From: Craspedostauros australis
Taxonomy: Eukaryota
Length of the DNA: 46,856 nucleotides
Reading direction: 5' to 3'
Assembly: GCA_030167865.1 (NCBI GenBank)
Contig: JALAGF010004474.1
Location: forward strand, 1 to 46,856
In this document: in pieces, positions 44,812 through 46,856 of the stretch
How positions within the stretch are numbered: position 1 is the stretch's first letter
Layout of the letters: every line of letters starts with the position of its first letter
Translations under genes and position numbers: made by a program
Notes under the pieces: model-generated
What the model saw: the letters and a program-made list of their open reading frames with translations, nothing else
Told to the model about the DNA's origin: nothing
The model's database searches: none

Positions 44812-46276
44812 GGCTTTTCGTCATCAACGAGATGAAGGATTTATGAGATGATTTGGAGTCCTTTGGAGGAAGGAACGAACAGCAATAGGAACTGCTGCCA
44901 TTCCTTCACCAGCCACCACCTTCGTTGTTTTTCGCATGCGGTGAACACTCCCCTCTTGTGTGGGTGGGCTTTTCGGTCGCCTCTTTTCGCAACTGGGGTT
45001 GATGGCAGGTTGGGGGTGTGTTCATGATCGGTGGTGGAGCACTCGTATTGGCACGGTATCCATGGAGAAGACGGGGAAGTGGATGGGCGGGAAAGCATCT
45101 GTCGCAGAATAGCAGCCAGGTGTACACCTGTGGGTTGCTGCGCCATGAGCACGCGTACGACAATGAGTCGCTCGCTCGCGCATCACGTGTCATGGTGGGT
45201 GGTACTGGTGTTGTCTCTGTGGCCGTTCGCTGGAACTTCGTGTGCCGACGTTGCTCAACTCCATCACGTGATTGTGCAGAGAAGCCACCCCCGACAGTTC
45301 GCTTGGAAAGATCCGGCCAACACCAATTTTGTGGAAGAACAGAACAACGTTGTCGTGTTGATGTCGTCGGAACGATCCGTTTGTGGCCAACCTCTTGTCA
45401 CACGTTGTCAACGGAACTCAAATTTATTGCTGGAACTACCCTGAGCGCACTTGAGTGATCGTGACATCGGATTTGTGGCATTTTGCGCCCATTGGGTCAT
45501 CGAAGTGACGATCGGATGACACCATCCGCGTTTGGGCGCTTCGCACAAAAGTATCAAGGAATCCCGGATGAAATTGACTCGCTCGACTTATCTCAGTCGT
45601 GGAACGAGCCAAGACCGATGATCCATGTTCCGAATTTCGTCTTTTTGGTTCTGAGCCCATTCAGTCACAAACCAACGAGTCGCGGGGGGAGACATTTTTT
45701 GGTAGTTGGTCCGTCCTTCCGAGGCTCTCACAGTGCGCCGTGTTGTAGCAATGCTCCGTCGGTCCGACTTTTTGACGAGAACCGTCAATCTTCCGTCAAT
45801 GCCGGTTCAACAAAAACGGGTTGCAGCAAGACGTCGTGTTGATGGTCCACACAGCATTTCCACCTAATTTGGGCCGTGTTTTGTTGTTCTTGTTCGGCGT
45901 GTCGCGGAGTTGTGCTTGTGCAAACAGGCATGCTCGTTTTGGCGAGAACCATCACCATCGCCCGTAGATTTAGTACTGGATGTTTTTATCGCACATCCGA
46001 GCCGTCGCTGCCTGAGCCTTCGCGTATGTTGGCGATCGTGTTGACAGACAGACATATGTGTTGCGCTTTTGACTACTGTCGGTGCGGAAGAGTCGTTTTG
46101 CTTCGGTGATTTTTTCAGTCTGTTCAGGTGATCGTCGTGTTCGACATCACAGCACCGTTGTGTCACAGAATGCGATTACTGGCGACTCGACTTGCACTCT
46201 CGACAGGAACGGAACAGGAACGGAACAGGAACAACAAAATTCCGTCTGCTTTGTCTGGTCAACCAGGGCCACAGGT

Positions 46277-46382
46277 GATCATCATCACCATCATCATCAT
46301 CATCACCATCACCATCATCAATAATAATAATAATACTAAACACAATAATAATAATAATAATATAATAATAGTAATAATAATA
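46277..46382. repeat. Compound microsatellite (CAT/CAC)n followed by (AAT)n
   Basis: Directly visible. Confidence 0.9.
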
Positions 46383-46580
46383 GCAATGGCAATGTGGCCT
46401 CCACTGGCCATGTCAATTGTGAGGATGAATCCGGCTTAGAGATCTGCTGTCACTGAGGATTTGCATGTGTCTCTGGTTTCTCTACTCTGCACCACATCCG
46501 AGGCGCAGCGGATGAATTGGCTCATGAACAAAGCGAGAGATTTTTCTCCTCGAGCGCTTGTGTTCTGAAATGGCGCGAAG

Positions 46581-46674
46581 NNNNNNNNNNNNNNNNNNNN
46601 NNNNNNNNNNNNNNNNNNNNNNNNNNNNNNNNNNNNNNNNNNNNNNNNNNNNNNNNNNNNNNNNNNNNNNNNNN
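46581..46674. other. Assembly gap (94 N)
   Basis: Run of N. Confidence 0.99.
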
Positions 46675-46856
46675 GCATACGAACACTTTTGTATTCGTCA
46701 ATCCGTGTTTTGATGGTTTGGGACCCCGTAGGATCCCTGCGGACGTGTCTGTGGAGGTGGTGTTTCGCGTCATTGTTGTGGTGGTGGTTCCAAACTCTTG
46801 TGTCCAGCAACCAGCACTTCACGCATCACTGTTCCCATACGCACCAACGCGATACC

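Noticed and set aside
46082-46439. Poly-His and poly-Asn/Ile ORFs
   Set aside because: They are translations of the (CAT)n/(AAT)n microsatellites next to the assembly gap.

Overview
Eukaryotic nuclear DNA, almost certainly from a diatom or related stramenopile: GT-AG introns, bipartite signal peptide plus ASA-F/L plastid-targeting presequences, CA-rich 5' leaders, and a secreted protein with a KxxK-rich tail. The window holds about 17 protein genes, one tRNA-Val(AAC), one apparent pseudogene, a symmetric foldback MITE with a CAG target-site duplication, microsatellites and a 94-N gap. Genes in order: a plastid AKR-fold protein, phospholipid scramblase, NAD(P) transhydrogenase, an acyl desaturase lacking cytochrome b5, OHP2, an ELMO-domain protein, a VOC/glyoxalase protein, an mTERF-like protein, a hotdog thioesterase, an NmrA-like protein, CCB1, PI4-kinase, a secretory AKR fusion, a CZIB/UPF0587 homologue, ATG4, a hypothetical protein, and a 5-exon M11 metalloprotease. 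The most interesting items: (1) the ~1254-aa secreted gametolysin-like protease, whose zinc-site exon is absent from the ORF track and which has tandem beta domains and a silaffin-like Lys tail; (2) two AKR-fold proteins that lack catalytic residues and appear routed to lumenal compartments (thylakoid, ER); (3) the Harbinger-like foldback element; (4) a PI4K with N-terminal membrane helices; (5) a CZIB homologue lacking both CxxC motifs. All family assignments come from motif recognition by eye; no database searches were run.
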